Positions 26,158-35,400 of a stretch of 42,051 nucleotides of DNA are shown here, in pieces. Below the pieces are notes generated by a model that worked only from the letters and a program-made list of their open reading frames with translations, did not search any database and was not told the origin of the DNA. The stretch is from a virus (taxonomy: Duplodnaviria; Caudoviricetes), in the IMG/VR virus record IMGVR_UViG_3300044723_004068, positions 1 through 42,051 of that record; one strand, given 5' to 3'. Positions within the stretch are counted from its first letter, which is position 1. Each line of letters begins with the position of its first letter. Both the position numbers and the translations under genes were made by a program.

Positions 26158-27051
26158 ATGAAACTTAGATATTCAGAAGCATTTTATTCAGTACAAGGCG
26201 AAGGCAAGTTTGTAGGAGTACCTAGTGTATTTCTACGTACCTTCGGTTGTAACTTTCGTTGTATGAACTTTGGTTTACAAAATGAACCTATGCGGGACGA
26301 AAAACAAAAGCAAGGTATTATTCACAATGCTGAAGTGCAAGGATTGCTTGATGCAGGCGTACACGAAACTACAAAAGAGTTTAACGACTTGCCTATTATA
26401 CATACAGGTTGTGATACATATGCTAGTATCTATCCTGAGTTTAAGAAGTTTAATAAGCAGGCAACTGTAGACGAAGTAGTTGAACATTTACTTTCACTTA
26501 CACCTAATGGTAAGTGGGTACAAGATAACGGTCAAGATGTACACTTGATCATGACAGGTGGTGAACCGTTGTTAGCGTGGCAACGACTTTACGTAGAGCT
26601 GTTTGAACATCCACGTATGCAGGACTTAAAAAATGTTACATTTGAAACAAACACTACACAATCTTTACACAACGATCTCTACAACTATCTCAACGATCAA
26701 GACAGAATCCAAGTCACTTGGAGTTGTTCCCCAAAACTTAGTGTTAGTGGAGAACCTTGGGATACTGCTATTAAGCCTGATGTGGCTAGTGAATATAGCC
26801 TTGTTGACGGTAGTGACATGTATTTTAAGTTTGTTGTCGCTACTCAAGACGATTTTGATGAAGTTAAAAAAGCTGTGGACACTTACAGAAGTTCCGGGGT
26901 GGAATGTCCGGTATATCTTATGCCGTTGGGCGGACGCAGTGAAGAATATTCCCTCAACGTTAAAGACGTTGCTGAAGCGTGTATGGCTGAAGGATGGCGA
27001 TTTACCCCCAGACTCCATATCAGCTTATTCGGAAATGCCTGGGGAACATAG
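26158..27051 (+). CDS. queE: 7-carboxy-7-deazaguanine synthase (radical SAM)
   Basis: EAFYSVQGEG...PSVFLRTFGCNFRC...GCDT, TGGEP, FETN, SPKL, KFVV, YLMP, RLH; start at 26158. Confidence 0.9.
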   Translation: MKLRYSEAFYSVQGEGKFVGVPSVFLRTFGCNFRCMNFGLQNEPMRDEKQKQGIIHNAEVQGLLDAGVHETTKEFNDLPIIHTGCDTYASIYPEFKKFNKQATVDEVVEHLLSLTPNGKWVQDNGQDVHLIMTGGEPLLAWQRLYVELFEHPRMQDLKNVTFETNTTQSLHNDLYNYLNDQDRIQVTWSCSPKLSVSGEPWDTAIKPDVASEYSLVDGSDMYFKFVVATQDDFDEVKKAVDTYRSSGVECPVYLMPLGGRSEEYSLNVKDVAEACMAEGWRFTPRLHISLFGNAWGT

Positions 27052-27058
27052 TAGAGAT

Positions 27059-27166
27059 ATGGATGCTTTATATGATTTTAAAAACGCACAGCACGAAAAG
27101 GCAATGAAGGCTCCTATTGTTAAAGAGGATCCAACAGAAAACTTACGTAAAAAAGGACTAATATGA
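27059..27166 (+). CDS. possible 35-aa peptide
   Basis: MDALYDFKNAQHEKAMKAPIVKEDPTENLRKKGLI fills the gap and overlaps the next ATG (ATGA). Confidence 0.4.
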   Translation: MDALYDFKNAQHEKAMKAPIVKEDPTENLRKKGLI

Positions 27167-27555
27167 AAAACTTTATTAAAAAGCTAACTGGCATGGATAA
27201 GGTAGAAGCAGAAAAAGCAAAAGTTGAAGAAGAAAAACTTGAATTGTTAAGGAAAAAAGATCCTAAAGAATATCATACACGCAAGAAACAGTCTTGGGTA
27301 AATGTTCTTGATATGAAAGTAAACGAAAATAACATTCGAAACGGATTCTTTGAGCTCGATTGGAATAAGTATTTCATCGTAGAATTAATTCAAAACGGAT
27401 ACGGGACTGAACAAGATCCCGAAGAAGAAATTGTAGACCGTTGGTTTAAGGATATTGTTTATAACATGTTATCAGAAGAAGGCATGGATACCGATCGAGG
27501 TGCAGGATACATAAATGTCAAACCATTGAGTGATGACAAAAGTGAAGTATCTTAA
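27163..27555 (+). CDS. hypothetical protein
   Basis: NGFFELDWN...IVDRWF; SD AAGGA. Confidence 0.7.
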   Translation: MKNFIKKLTGMDKVEAEKAKVEEEKLELLRKKDPKEYHTRKKQSWVNVLDMKVNENNIRNGFFELDWNKYFIVELIQNGYGTEQDPEEEIVDRWFKDIVYNMLSEEGMDTDRGAGYINVKPLSDDKSEVS

Positions 27556-27558
27556 TGG

Positions 27559-27587
27559 TTGACACAAGCCAGATCTGGTGTTATAAT
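27559..27587 (+). promoter_or_regulatory. sigma70-type promoter (extended -10)
   Basis: TTGACA-17 nt-TATAAT with TGn. Confidence 0.85.
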
Positions 27588-27616
27588 AGTACTATAATTT
27601 ACACAAAGGCAAACTA

Positions 27617-28606
27617 ATGGCAACTTACGTACTAGTAGATACAGCAAATACATTTTTTCGTGCAAGGCACGTTATTAGAGGCGACTTAGACACTAAAGTC
27701 GGCATGGCATTTCATATTACCTTAGCAGGTGTTAGAAAGGCTTGGCAAGACTTTAGTGCAGATCATGTTGTGTTCTGTTTAGAGGGTCGCAGTTGGCGCA
27801 AGGACTTTTATGAGCCTTACAAACGCAATAGAAGCGATGCTCGTGCAGCACTAACTGAAAAAGAAGAACAAGAAGATAAGTTGTTTTGGGAAGCCTTTGA
27901 CACGTTTAAAGACTTCGTAGGTACTAAGACTAACTGTTCAGTATTACAACATAAAGAATTAGAAGCAGATGATTTAATTGCTGGTTGGATACAAGCACAC
28001 CCTAATGATAACCATGTTATTATTAGTACAGATGGCGACTTTGCACAACTTATTGCACCTAATGTTAAACAATACAATGGCGTTACAGAAACTACTATTA
28101 CACATGAAGGCTACTTTGATAAGAAAGGCCTACGTATAATTGACAAAAAAACTAAACTAGAAAAACCTGCACCTAATCCTGCATTTATGTTGTTTGAAAA
28201 GTGTATGCGTGGGGATAAGAGTGACAATGTGTTTAGTGCATTTCCAGGTGTTAGAGTAAAAGGCACTAAGAATAAAGTAGGCTTAACTGAAGCGTTTGCA
28301 GATAAAGACAACAAAGGCTTTAACTGGAATAACATGATGTTACAGCGTTGGGTAGACCATAATGGTGTTGAACATCGTGTACTAGATGATTATAATAGAA
28401 ACGTTGTACTATGTGATTTGACAGCACAGCCGGCTAATATTAGAAGTATTATTAATGATGTTATCGAAGACGCTATAGAACAACCTAAACAAATAACACA
28501 AGTTGGTTTGCGACTAATGAAGTTTTGTGCCTTATGGGATCTTCAACGTGTAAGCGAACAGGCTCAGAGCTATGCTGAGCCATTACAAGCGAGGTATGTA
28601 GCATGA
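27617..28606 (+). CDS. rnh: T4 RNase H-like 5'-3' exonuclease/flap endonuclease
   Basis: LVD, SWRK..Y..YK.NR, EADDLI, ISTDGDFAQL, GDKSDNV...PG. Confidence 0.9.
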   Translation: MATYVLVDTANTFFRARHVIRGDLDTKVGMAFHITLAGVRKAWQDFSADHVVFCLEGRSWRKDFYEPYKRNRSDARAALTEKEEQEDKLFWEAFDTFKDFVGTKTNCSVLQHKELEADDLIAGWIQAHPNDNHVIISTDGDFAQLIAPNVKQYNGVTETTITHEGYFDKKGLRIIDKKTKLEKPAPNPAFMLFEKCMRGDKSDNVFSAFPGVRVKGTKNKVGLTEAFADKDNKGFNWNNMMLQRWVDHNGVEHRVLDDYNRNVVLCDLTAQPANIRSIINDVIEDAIEQPKQITQVGLRLMKFCALWDLQRVSEQAQSYAEPLQARYVA

Positions 28607-29067
28607 CAATAAAAGCAAAAGAAATAATCGACGGTAAGTTTTGGATTATTGAAAATGAAGGCAACAAAGTTGCCACTCTAGCATATTCAGATGAACGGTA
28701 TATGATCACTGATGTAAATGGCTCTAGATTTGTAAACAATAAAATAGACCTTGAAAAAGACCTAGGAAAACTAAGTTGGAGTTCTTTAGAAATTACTGAA
28801 GTTACTTTAGATGACGTACATGGATTTCCAACTAGCTGTACACCACATAACCCTTTATATGATGTTAAACAAAAATTACCGTTGTTTACTAAAAGTACAA
28901 AATCAAAAAGTTTGTACTGTGCAGGTTTCTATATTATTAGATTTGATAAAGGTTGGGTTAAAAGTTTTTGTCCTAAAGCTATTACAGTTGAACGCTATCC
29001 ATACAAAGGTCCTTTTAAAACTGCATTAGAAATGAGAACTGAATTGAGTAAAGCAAATGCAAAGTGA
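28603..29067 (+). CDS. hypothetical protein
   Basis: LPLFTKS..SKSLYCAG..FCPK; 154 aa; SD GAGG. Confidence 0.7.
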   Translation: MTIKAKEIIDGKFWIIENEGNKVATLAYSDERYMITDVNGSRFVNNKIDLEKDLGKLSWSSLEITEVTLDDVHGFPTSCTPHNPLYDVKQKLPLFTKSTKSKSLYCAGFYIIRFDKGWVKSFCPKAITVERYPYKGPFKTALEMRTELSKANAK

Positions 29068-29296
29068 GCCATTAAACACTATAGCAATACAACAGTTTAT
29101 TTCTCAAGTTAAAAGTGCAGATGCAGGTCAATCTAGAGATGTAACACTTAATATTCAGCAAGCAAAAAGATTAGCTTTTACGTTAGGCGAAGTAATGGCT
29201 AGGCTTAATGGTGATCTAGAATCTTTGCTAATAAAAACCAATAACAAAGACGACGAGACTATAGAAGTAAGGTTGGACGGCGGAAATAGTTGGTAA
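29057..29296 (+). CDS. hypothetical protein
   Basis: 79 aa, coupled to the upstream gene. Confidence 0.65.
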   Translation: MQSEPLNTIAIQQFISQVKSADAGQSRDVTLNIQQAKRLAFTLGEVMARLNGDLESLLIKTNNKDDETIEVRLDGGNSW

Positions 29297-29302
29297 AAAT
29301 AG

Positions 29303-29309
29303 ATAAATA
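29303..29309 (+). promoter_or_regulatory. late promoter core ATAAATA
   Basis: agATAAATAt upstream of SD AAGGA and ATG 29339. Confidence 0.5.
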
Positions 29310-29338
29310 TATACGTAGTTAATTAAAGGACAACGTAT

Positions 29339-29632
29339 ATGAGTAGACCTAAACCAACTGTTTTATTAGAGTTTATAGATAAAAAAACATATAAAAGCGA
29401 ACAAATATTAAACGCTGACGCTATATGGGCAGTTTTTTTTAACAATAAACCATTTAATTTAAAATCTTCACATAGTTTAACCAACTACCCTGGTCCTAAA
29501 TATAAGAAAGTTTCATTTTCTAATCCAGGTCATGCAATAAATTTAGCAAAAAAATTGAATGACTTATTTAACTGCAAGGACTTTTCAGTAGTAAAGTTAA
29601 CCGCAGGAGAAACAGTTCCTTTGGAAAACTAA
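29339..29632 (+). CDS. hypothetical protein
   Basis: [11 protein letters not shown]...[15 protein letters not shown]. Confidence 0.7.
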   Translation: MSRPKPTVLLEFIDKKTYKSEQILNADAIWAVFFNNKPFNLKSSHSLTNYPGPKYKKVSFSNPGHAINLAKKLNDLFNCKDFSVVKLTAGETVPLEN

Positions 29633-30015
29633 TGAACTGGAAAGAAAACTATACAAAAATATTTCTTAAGACTGCAAATAAAAGCATCGACGAAGCAACT
29701 GTAAAACAGTATATTTCTACATGGTGGCAAAACACACGCTCAAAAGATACAGGCGGACTAAGACTTACTGAAGCGGGTTATAATTTTATAACTGAAGAAT
29801 TAGAATTACAAACATATCAAGTACCTTATCCTAGGGACTTTGACTTTACAACAAATGTAATAATATGGATGGACCAGTTTATAGATTGTCCTTACTATCT
29901 AGATAGACAAGGTATAGTTGTAACAAACGAAAAAAAGGCAATGGAACTGCATCTTTTTAGCGGTGATGTAAGAAAGTACGGCTTAATAAAAGCTATGAAA
30001 AGACAAAAAGATTAG
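29632..30015 (+). CDS. hypothetical protein
   Basis: WWQN.R...GLRLT..G...CPYY. Confidence 0.7.
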   Translation: MNWKENYTKIFLKTANKSIDEATVKQYISTWWQNTRSKDTGGLRLTEAGYNFITEELELQTYQVPYPRDFDFTTNVIIWMDQFIDCPYYLDRQGIVVTNEKKAMELHLFSGDVRKYGLIKAMKRQKD

Positions 30016-30034
30016 TTTTTGGTAAAAAAACTGG

Positions 30035-30063
30035 TTGACTCCTTCCCCTATTGATAGTATTAT
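30035..30063 (+). promoter_or_regulatory. sigma70-type promoter
   Basis: TTGACT-17 nt-TATTAT. Confidence 0.65.
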
Positions 30064-30119
30064 ATATACATACTTAGAAATAAAGTATGGCACTGAAAAC
30101 AACTGTAGAGGAATACAAA

Positions 30120-31208
30120 ATGGAAAATGTAGCAGTACGCACTGTAAGTCCTAATAGAGCAAAAAAGAGTATTAGGCATGCTTTTAAGAAACAACGTCCT
30201 ATCTTTATGTGGGGTCCTCCAGGCATTGGTAAGTCAGATATTGTTGGACAGGTTACTAACGAACTAGAAAATTCAAAACTAATTGATATTAGACTCTCGC
30301 TTTGGGAGCCAACTGATATCAAAGGCATTCCATATTATGCCGCAAATGATAATGTTATGGCTTGGGCACCCCCACAAGAATTGCCAACAAAAGAAATGGC
30401 TAAGAAGTATAAATGGATTGTACTATTCTTAGACGAAATGAATTCAGCGGCGCCAGCAGTACAAGCGGCCGCTTACCAACTTATTTTAAATCGTAAGGTT
30501 GGCGCATACGAGTTACCAGACAATGTTCTTATTGTTGCAGCAGGTAACCGTGAAGCTGACAAAGGTGTTACTTATAGAATGCCTGCTCCACTTGCTAATA
30601 GATTTGTTCATATTGAACTTGCTGTTGACTTCGACGACTGGTTCACGTGGGCAGTAAACAATGACATACACAATGACGTTGTAGGTTATTTGACATTTAG
30701 TAAAAAAGACCTTTACGATTTTGATCCTAAATCTCCAAGCCGTTCATTTGCAACACCACGTAGTTGGTCCTTTGTAAGTGAATTGTTAGAAGATGAACTT
30801 GATGAAGAAACTACAACTGATCTTGTATCAGGTGCAGTAGGCGAAGGCCTAGGCATCAAGTTTGTTGCTCACCGCAAGGTGGCAGCATCAATGCCTAACC
30901 CAACTGATATTTTATCAGGAAAGGTTAAAGAGTTAAAGACCAAAGAAATCAGTGCCATGTATTCCTTAACGGTCTCACTCTGTTATGAACTAAAAGAAGC
31001 GTCTGATAAAGGCGATAAGAAGTTTGACGCAAAAGTTAATAGCTTCTTACGTTTTATGATGGACAATTTCGAAACTGAATTGGTTGTTATGGGTATCAAG
31101 TTAGCCCTCACTCAGTATGCTCTACCAATTGACCCAGACGAAGTTGAGTGCTTTGATGAGTTTCATGAACGTTTTGGTAAGTATATTACCAAAGCACAAG
31201 AGGCATAA
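30120..31208 (+). CDS. MoxR-like AAA+ ATPase
   Basis: GPPGIGKS, LFLDEMN, AAGN, PLANRF, TPRSW; SD GAGG then ATG 30120. Confidence 0.9.
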   Translation: MENVAVRTVSPNRAKKSIRHAFKKQRPIFMWGPPGIGKSDIVGQVTNELENSKLIDIRLSLWEPTDIKGIPYYAANDNVMAWAPPQELPTKEMAKKYKWIVLFLDEMNSAAPAVQAAAYQLILNRKVGAYELPDNVLIVAAGNREADKGVTYRMPAPLANRFVHIELAVDFDDWFTWAVNNDIHNDVVGYLTFSKKDLYDFDPKSPSRSFATPRSWSFVSELLEDELDEETTTDLVSGAVGEGLGIKFVAHRKVAASMPNPTDILSGKVKELKTKEISAMYSLTVSLCYELKEASDKGDKKFDAKVNSFLRFMMDNFETELVVMGIKLALTQYALPIDPDEVECFDEFHERFGKYITKAQEA

Positions 31209-31212
31209 TATA

Positions 31213-31247
31213 AGGAGTTTGGACGTTCTCCTAAACAAAACGTCCAA
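31213..31247 (+). other. intergenic RNA structure (H-type pseudoknot or hairpin/terminator) after the MoxR stop
   Basis: AGGAG/CTCCT and TTGGACGTT/AACGTCCAA form interleaved complementary pairs. Confidence 0.55.
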
Positions 31248-31252
31248 TTTAC

Positions 31253-31281
31253 TTGACTTTTAATAACAAATGCGTTATAAT
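31253..31281 (+). promoter_or_regulatory. sigma70-type promoter
   Basis: TTGACT-17 nt-TATAAT. Confidence 0.8.
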
Positions 31282-31305
31282 AAGTACAAAATAAGGAGAG
31301 ATGGC

Positions 31306-32601
31306 ATGACAATTGATACTAAAGGCTTTGTACCTAATCCAGATATTACACCACAAGAACTTGCAGAAATGCGTAAAAAAGTATTAGACAATGTTATTGT
31401 AGCTCGTGTGGGTCTTTTGTTACGACATCCATTCTTTGGCAATATGGCTACAAGACTAAAGATCGAAGCATGTGATGATTGGTGTCCTACTGCTGCTACC
31501 GACGGTCGCCATTTATATTTCAACACACAATTTTTTAATGCTATGACAAATAAAGAAATAGAATTTGTTATTGCACACGAAATTTTACACTGTGTATTTG
31601 ATCACTTAACACGCCGTGAAGATCGTAACCCTGTGCTATATAACATTGCTGCAGACTATATTGTAAATAATCTTTTAATACGTGATCGTATTGGTGATAA
31701 TCCTAAACTTGTTCAATGTTATCACGATTTTAAATATAATGGTTGGACATCAGAAGAAGTATATGATGAACTGTTTAAAGAAGCAGAAAAAAACGGTGAA
31801 GAATTTGTAAAACAACTAGGTGAAATGTTAGATGAACATATCGACTGGGACGGAGAAGGTGATTCAAAAGGTCCTAGTAAAAACGGTAAAGGAAAAAATA
31901 AAAAGGGTAAAGGCGGACCTCCTAAATATTCTAAAGAAGAAATGCGTAAGATCAAAGAAGAAATAAAAGAAAGTATGATGTCTGCTGCACAGGCATCTGG
32001 TGCAGGTAATTTACCTGGTGAGATATCACGTATGATAAAAGATCTTACAGAACCTAAAATGAATTGGCGTGAGATACTACGTCAACAAATTCAGTCTACA
32101 ATTAGAAACGATTATACATTTAGTAGACCTTCACGTAAAGCATGGCACACCGGTGCTATACTTCCAGGTATGAATTTTGACACTACTATTGATGTTGCTG
32201 TTGCAATTGATATGAGCGGTTCTATCGGAAATGATCAAGCAACTGACTTCTTAAGTGAAATAAAAGGCATTATGGAAGAATACAAAGATTACAACATTAA
32301 ATTATGGTGCTTTGATACAAAGGTATACAACGAAGACGATTTTACTGCTGACAACGGAAAAGACTTAGAAGATTACGAAGTTAAAGGCGGAGGTGGTACC
32401 GAGTTTGATTGTAACTGGCATCATATGAAAGATACTGACTTTGTTCCAAAGAAGTTTATCATGTTTACCGATGGTTATCCTTGGGGTAGTTGGGGAGACG
32501 AAGACTACTGTGATACAGTATTTGTAATACATTCTAATCAAAATAAGGACTTACAGGCGCCCTTTGGCACAACTGTACACTATGACAAAAACGCTGCTTA
32601 A
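31306..32601 (+). CDS. DUF2201-type metallopeptidase-VWA protein (MoxR partner)
   Basis: TAATDG, HEILH (HExxH), MIDAS DMSGS, GGGGT, FTDG; SD AAGGAG then ATG 31306. Confidence 0.85.
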   Translation: MTIDTKGFVPNPDITPQELAEMRKKVLDNVIVARVGLLLRHPFFGNMATRLKIEACDDWCPTAATDGRHLYFNTQFFNAMTNKEIEFVIAHEILHCVFDHLTRREDRNPVLYNIAADYIVNNLLIRDRIGDNPKLVQCYHDFKYNGWTSEEVYDELFKEAEKNGEEFVKQLGEMLDEHIDWDGEGDSKGPSKNGKGKNKKGKGGPPKYSKEEMRKIKEEIKESMMSAAQASGAGNLPGEISRMIKDLTEPKMNWREILRQQIQSTIRNDYTFSRPSRKAWHTGAILPGMNFDTTIDVAVAIDMSGSIGNDQATDFLSEIKGIMEEYKDYNIKLWCFDTKVYNEDDFTADNGKDLEDYEVKGGGGTEFDCNWHHMKDTDFVPKKFIMFTDGYPWGSWGDEDYCDTVFVIHSNQNKDLQAPFGTTVHYDKNAA

Positions 32602-32881
32602 AACAAAAAAACCAAATAGACTAGAAGTATTTGAGTGCAGGGAAACATCTGTTGCTCCTATACATTTTGAGTATATAAAGTTGCCTATGGCATATAATCT
32701 ACAAGATAGTATTTCTAAATGGATTAAATTTAATCTAAAAGGAAGATACTATATTGGAAAATCTGTCAGTTTAGGAGAAAAAGGTGTATCTAATGTTAAT
32801 ACTACACTGAGAATAGGTTTTGAAGAGCCTAAAGAACTATCGTATTTCACTTTGGCTTGTCCACTTTTGAAATATAAGTAA
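32582..32881 (+). CDS. hypothetical protein
   Basis: WI..NLKGRYY...IGFE.PKELSYF.LACP. Confidence 0.65.
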   Translation: MTKTLLKTKKPNRLEVFECRETSVAPIHFEYIKLPMAYNLQDSISKWIKFNLKGRYYIGKSVSLGEKGVSNVNTTLRIGFEEPKELSYFTLACPLLKYK

Positions 32882-32920
32882 ATATTTTTGAATAATTAAG
32901 TATATAAGGAGTTTATAAAT

Positions 32921-33157
32921 ATGACCGAAGAAGTACAACCAGCTGAAGCTACAACCCAACCTGCTCCAGCAAACGAGAACCCAGTCGAACTTACAGTTCA
33001 AGACTTGGGTAATATCAAACAAATTATCGACGTAGCAAGTCAACGAGGTGCATTTAAACCCAATGAGATGACTGTAGTTGGTACAACTTATACAAAGCTA
33101 GAAACATTTCTAGCCGCAGTAGCTCAACAACAAGCGTCTACTGAAGGAGAAAAATAA
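32921..33157 (+). CDS. hypothetical protein
   Basis: SD AAGGAG; LTVQDL...IDVASQRGAF...E...VG; TAAATA at 32879. Confidence 0.7.
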   Translation: MTEEVQPAEATTQPAPANENPVELTVQDLGNIKQIIDVASQRGAFKPNEMTVVGTTYTKLETFLAAVAQQQASTEGEK

Positions 33158-33762
33158 TGTATAAACATGTAGGTCGAATAAAGACCAATCAAAGAAAAGT
33201 TATTGTAGCATATAGAACTGTCCCAGGTGAGCCAGAAAATTGTATTGTAGTAACTACTGAAAACTTAATGGCTGAAGAGCATGATGCTCTTATGAAGTTA
33301 ATCGAAAGTGATGCAGGACAAAACGAAGATGTTTTTGCTAATGCAATGGCAAGGGCAAGATTACCTGATGGTAGAATCATGTTAGCTGGCTTTCATGTCA
33401 CAGGAAAAATGCAAAAAGTTGCTACTGACCTAGTAGAAATGACACCAGACAGAAGCACCGTTATTAACCTTACAGAGCTAAACAAAATGATCGCCGAACA
33501 AAGAGGTGTAGCAGTTGAAGATTTAGCAACTATTGATGCAGGTAACCAAACAGAAGTTTCACAAATGGCAACTATAAATGATATGCCTGTAGTTGAAGAT
33601 GCGGTGGCAAGCACAGAAGGCAATGTGATGGATGATGCTGCGTTAGCTGCACAATATAGATCACAAGCAGATACAATGTTTAAAGAAGCAAAGAGACTAC
33701 GTGAGCAGGCTGAAGAGCTAGTTCCGACTAAGAAGAAAAAGTCTGTTACCGAAAGTGCCTAA
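33157..33762 (+). CDS. hypothetical protein
   Basis: 201 aa; SD AAGGAG. Confidence 0.7.
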   Translation: MYKHVGRIKTNQRKVIVAYRTVPGEPENCIVVTTENLMAEEHDALMKLIESDAGQNEDVFANAMARARLPDGRIMLAGFHVTGKMQKVATDLVEMTPDRSTVINLTELNKMIAEQRGVAVEDLATIDAGNQTEVSQMATINDMPVVEDAVASTEGNVMDDAALAAQYRSQADTMFKEAKRLREQAEELVPTKKKKSVTESA

Positions 33763-34075
33763 GGCAAAAGATAAAAAGTTGCCCCAGGACATAATTGATC
33801 ATTGGCCTGAAGTTTTTAAAGATGTGGATATTAAGGTTGTACCTGTAAAGTATTTACATAGCGTTCGTGTTTTCTTTACTGATGGTAAAGTGTGGGATAT
33901 AGACGTTGCAAAAACTAGAAAGAAAAAAGATGCAAATGACATCGAAAAATCACTCGAAGAATTGTTTACTAATTATCAGGACAGTATAGATAATGTAGAT
34001 TTTAGGCTGGATACAGCAAGAGTTAAAGCTGATATTCAAGGTCGCACTAGAAGTTTTATGAAAAGAAGAAAGTAG
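33755..34075 (+). CDS. hypothetical protein
   Basis: GTG start; HWPEVF...P..YL. Confidence 0.65.
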   Translation: MPKAKDKKLPQDIIDHWPEVFKDVDIKVVPVKYLHSVRVFFTDGKVWDIDVAKTRKKKDANDIEKSLEELFTNYQDSIDNVDFRLDTARVKADIQGRTRSFMKRRK

Positions 34076-34091
34076 TTTGTTTGAGTATTTG

Positions 34092-34099
34092 TATAAATA
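34092..34099 (+). promoter_or_regulatory. T4 late promoter TATAAATA
   Basis: Exact consensus upstream of SD AGGAG and ATG 34125. Confidence 0.75.
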
Positions 34100-34124
34100 C
34101 ATATAGATATTCCAGGAGTTAAAT

Positions 34125-35399
34125 ATGGCCCTAAGACTAAGAAGAGGTACAAACGCAGAAAGAACTGCGATTACGCCCGAAGCAGGTGAATTAGTATACA
34201 CAACCGATACTAAAAAGGTATACGTAGGTGATGGAACCACAACAGGTGGTAACATTGTTAGCGGACAAAACGATATTGTAGATGACACATCACCACAATT
34301 AGGCGGTGATTTAGATCTAAACGGTAATAACATAACAGGTACAGGTAATATAAACATTACTGGTACAATTACAGCCACAGGGAATATCAATTTAGGCGAC
34401 GGAGCAGGTGGCGACATTATTGCTCTTGGAGGAACTATACAAGGTGCATTAACTCCAGACTCACAATTAGCATATAACCAAGGTTCAAATACTGCACGTT
34501 GGAACACTGGATATTACGGAAGTTTAGATGTTTTAGGACATGTAGATGCAGATAGTATTAAAGCTGATCTAATTGGAGACGATAGTACTCTTGCTTACAA
34601 TCAGACAACTAAAACATTTACAGGAACTACATTTAACGGTACAACTGCATCCTTTGGTACAGTAACAGCTACATCTTTTGACGGTGATCTAAGTGGTAGT
34701 GTGTTTGGCGATGATTCAACTCCTTTAGTAGATGCAAACAACAACACTATAACTGCAACTGCAATAAGCACTACTAACATTACTGCCTCTGGTGGTACTG
34801 ATCTTAGATTTAATGCAGTAACTACAAATTTTAATAGAGCACAATCTACATCTTCAAGAGTGTTTGTGCATTCAACAACAGCAACAGGTTTTGGTACCGG
34901 ATTATTTAATCTTGTTAACACTCACACAAATGTAATTACTGATGATTTAGCTTTTAGTAGAGCAAGGGGCACTCCGGATTCATTGGCAATAATTAACGCA
35001 GATGATAAACTAGGTGGTATGGCGTTTAACGGATACGACGGAGCAGCATATCAATTTGGTGCATCTATTGATTCGTATGCAACTGCTATATCTACAGGTA
35101 ATATTACAACCAATGTGCGTATAAGAACAAGAAATGGTTCTTCAGGTACTATTGGGGTAGGCTTACAAGTTGAGCCAGATCAAACTGTTAAACTTAACAC
35201 ACTAGATGTTTTATCAGGCGATATACTTACTATTAACCAAGCTATAAAACTTCCAATCTCAACTGCTGAACCTGCAACTCCAGCAAACGGACAAATAGCA
35301 ATAGCCGATGGAACTAGTTGGAACCCTGCTTCAAATGCAAAACAGTCTTTAGTAGCATACTTAGGTGGTGCTTGGGTATTAGTAGCTGCAGCTGCATAA
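34125..35399 (+). CDS. tail fibre/virion structural protein
   Basis: N-terminal LRLRRGT...P.AGEL.YTTDTKKVYVGDG (Mtd_N/hyaluronidase-like); DTSPQLGGDLDLNG; G/T-rich beta repeats (GDDST twice). Confidence 0.75.
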   Translation: MALRLRRGTNAERTAITPEAGELVYTTDTKKVYVGDGTTTGGNIVSGQNDIVDDTSPQLGGDLDLNGNNITGTGNINITGTITATGNINLGDGAGGDIIALGGTIQGALTPDSQLAYNQGSNTARWNTGYYGSLDVLGHVDADSIKADLIGDDSTLAYNQTTKTFTGTTFNGTTASFGTVTATSFDGDLSGSVFGDDSTPLVDANNNTITATAISTTNITASGGTDLRFNAVTTNFNRAQSTSSRVFVHSTTATGFGTGLFNLVNTHTNVITDDLAFSRARGTPDSLAIINADDKLGGMAFNGYDGAAYQFGASIDSYATAISTGNITTNVRIRTRNGSSGTIGVGLQVEPDQTVKLNTLDVLSGDILTINQAIKLPISTAEPATPANGQIAIADGTSWNPASNAKQSLVAYLGGAWVLVAAAA

Positions 35400-35400
35400 A

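Noticed and set aside
26633-27058. 177-aa alternative-frame ORF overlapping queE
   Set aside because: Shadow of the queE reading frame; only the last 35 codons (from 27059) are plausible as a gene.
133-34921. Many short antisense ORFs in the ORF track (e.g. 8009-8482, 33950-34507, 9066-9404)
   Set aside because: They lie opposite well-supported genes, are Ser/Leu/Phe-rich mirror translations, and lack SDs or motifs.
34125-35399. Diversity-generating retroelement target (Mtd-like N-terminus)
   Set aside because: No reverse transcriptase or template/variable repeat pair in the window; this N-terminal domain is common in tail fibres.
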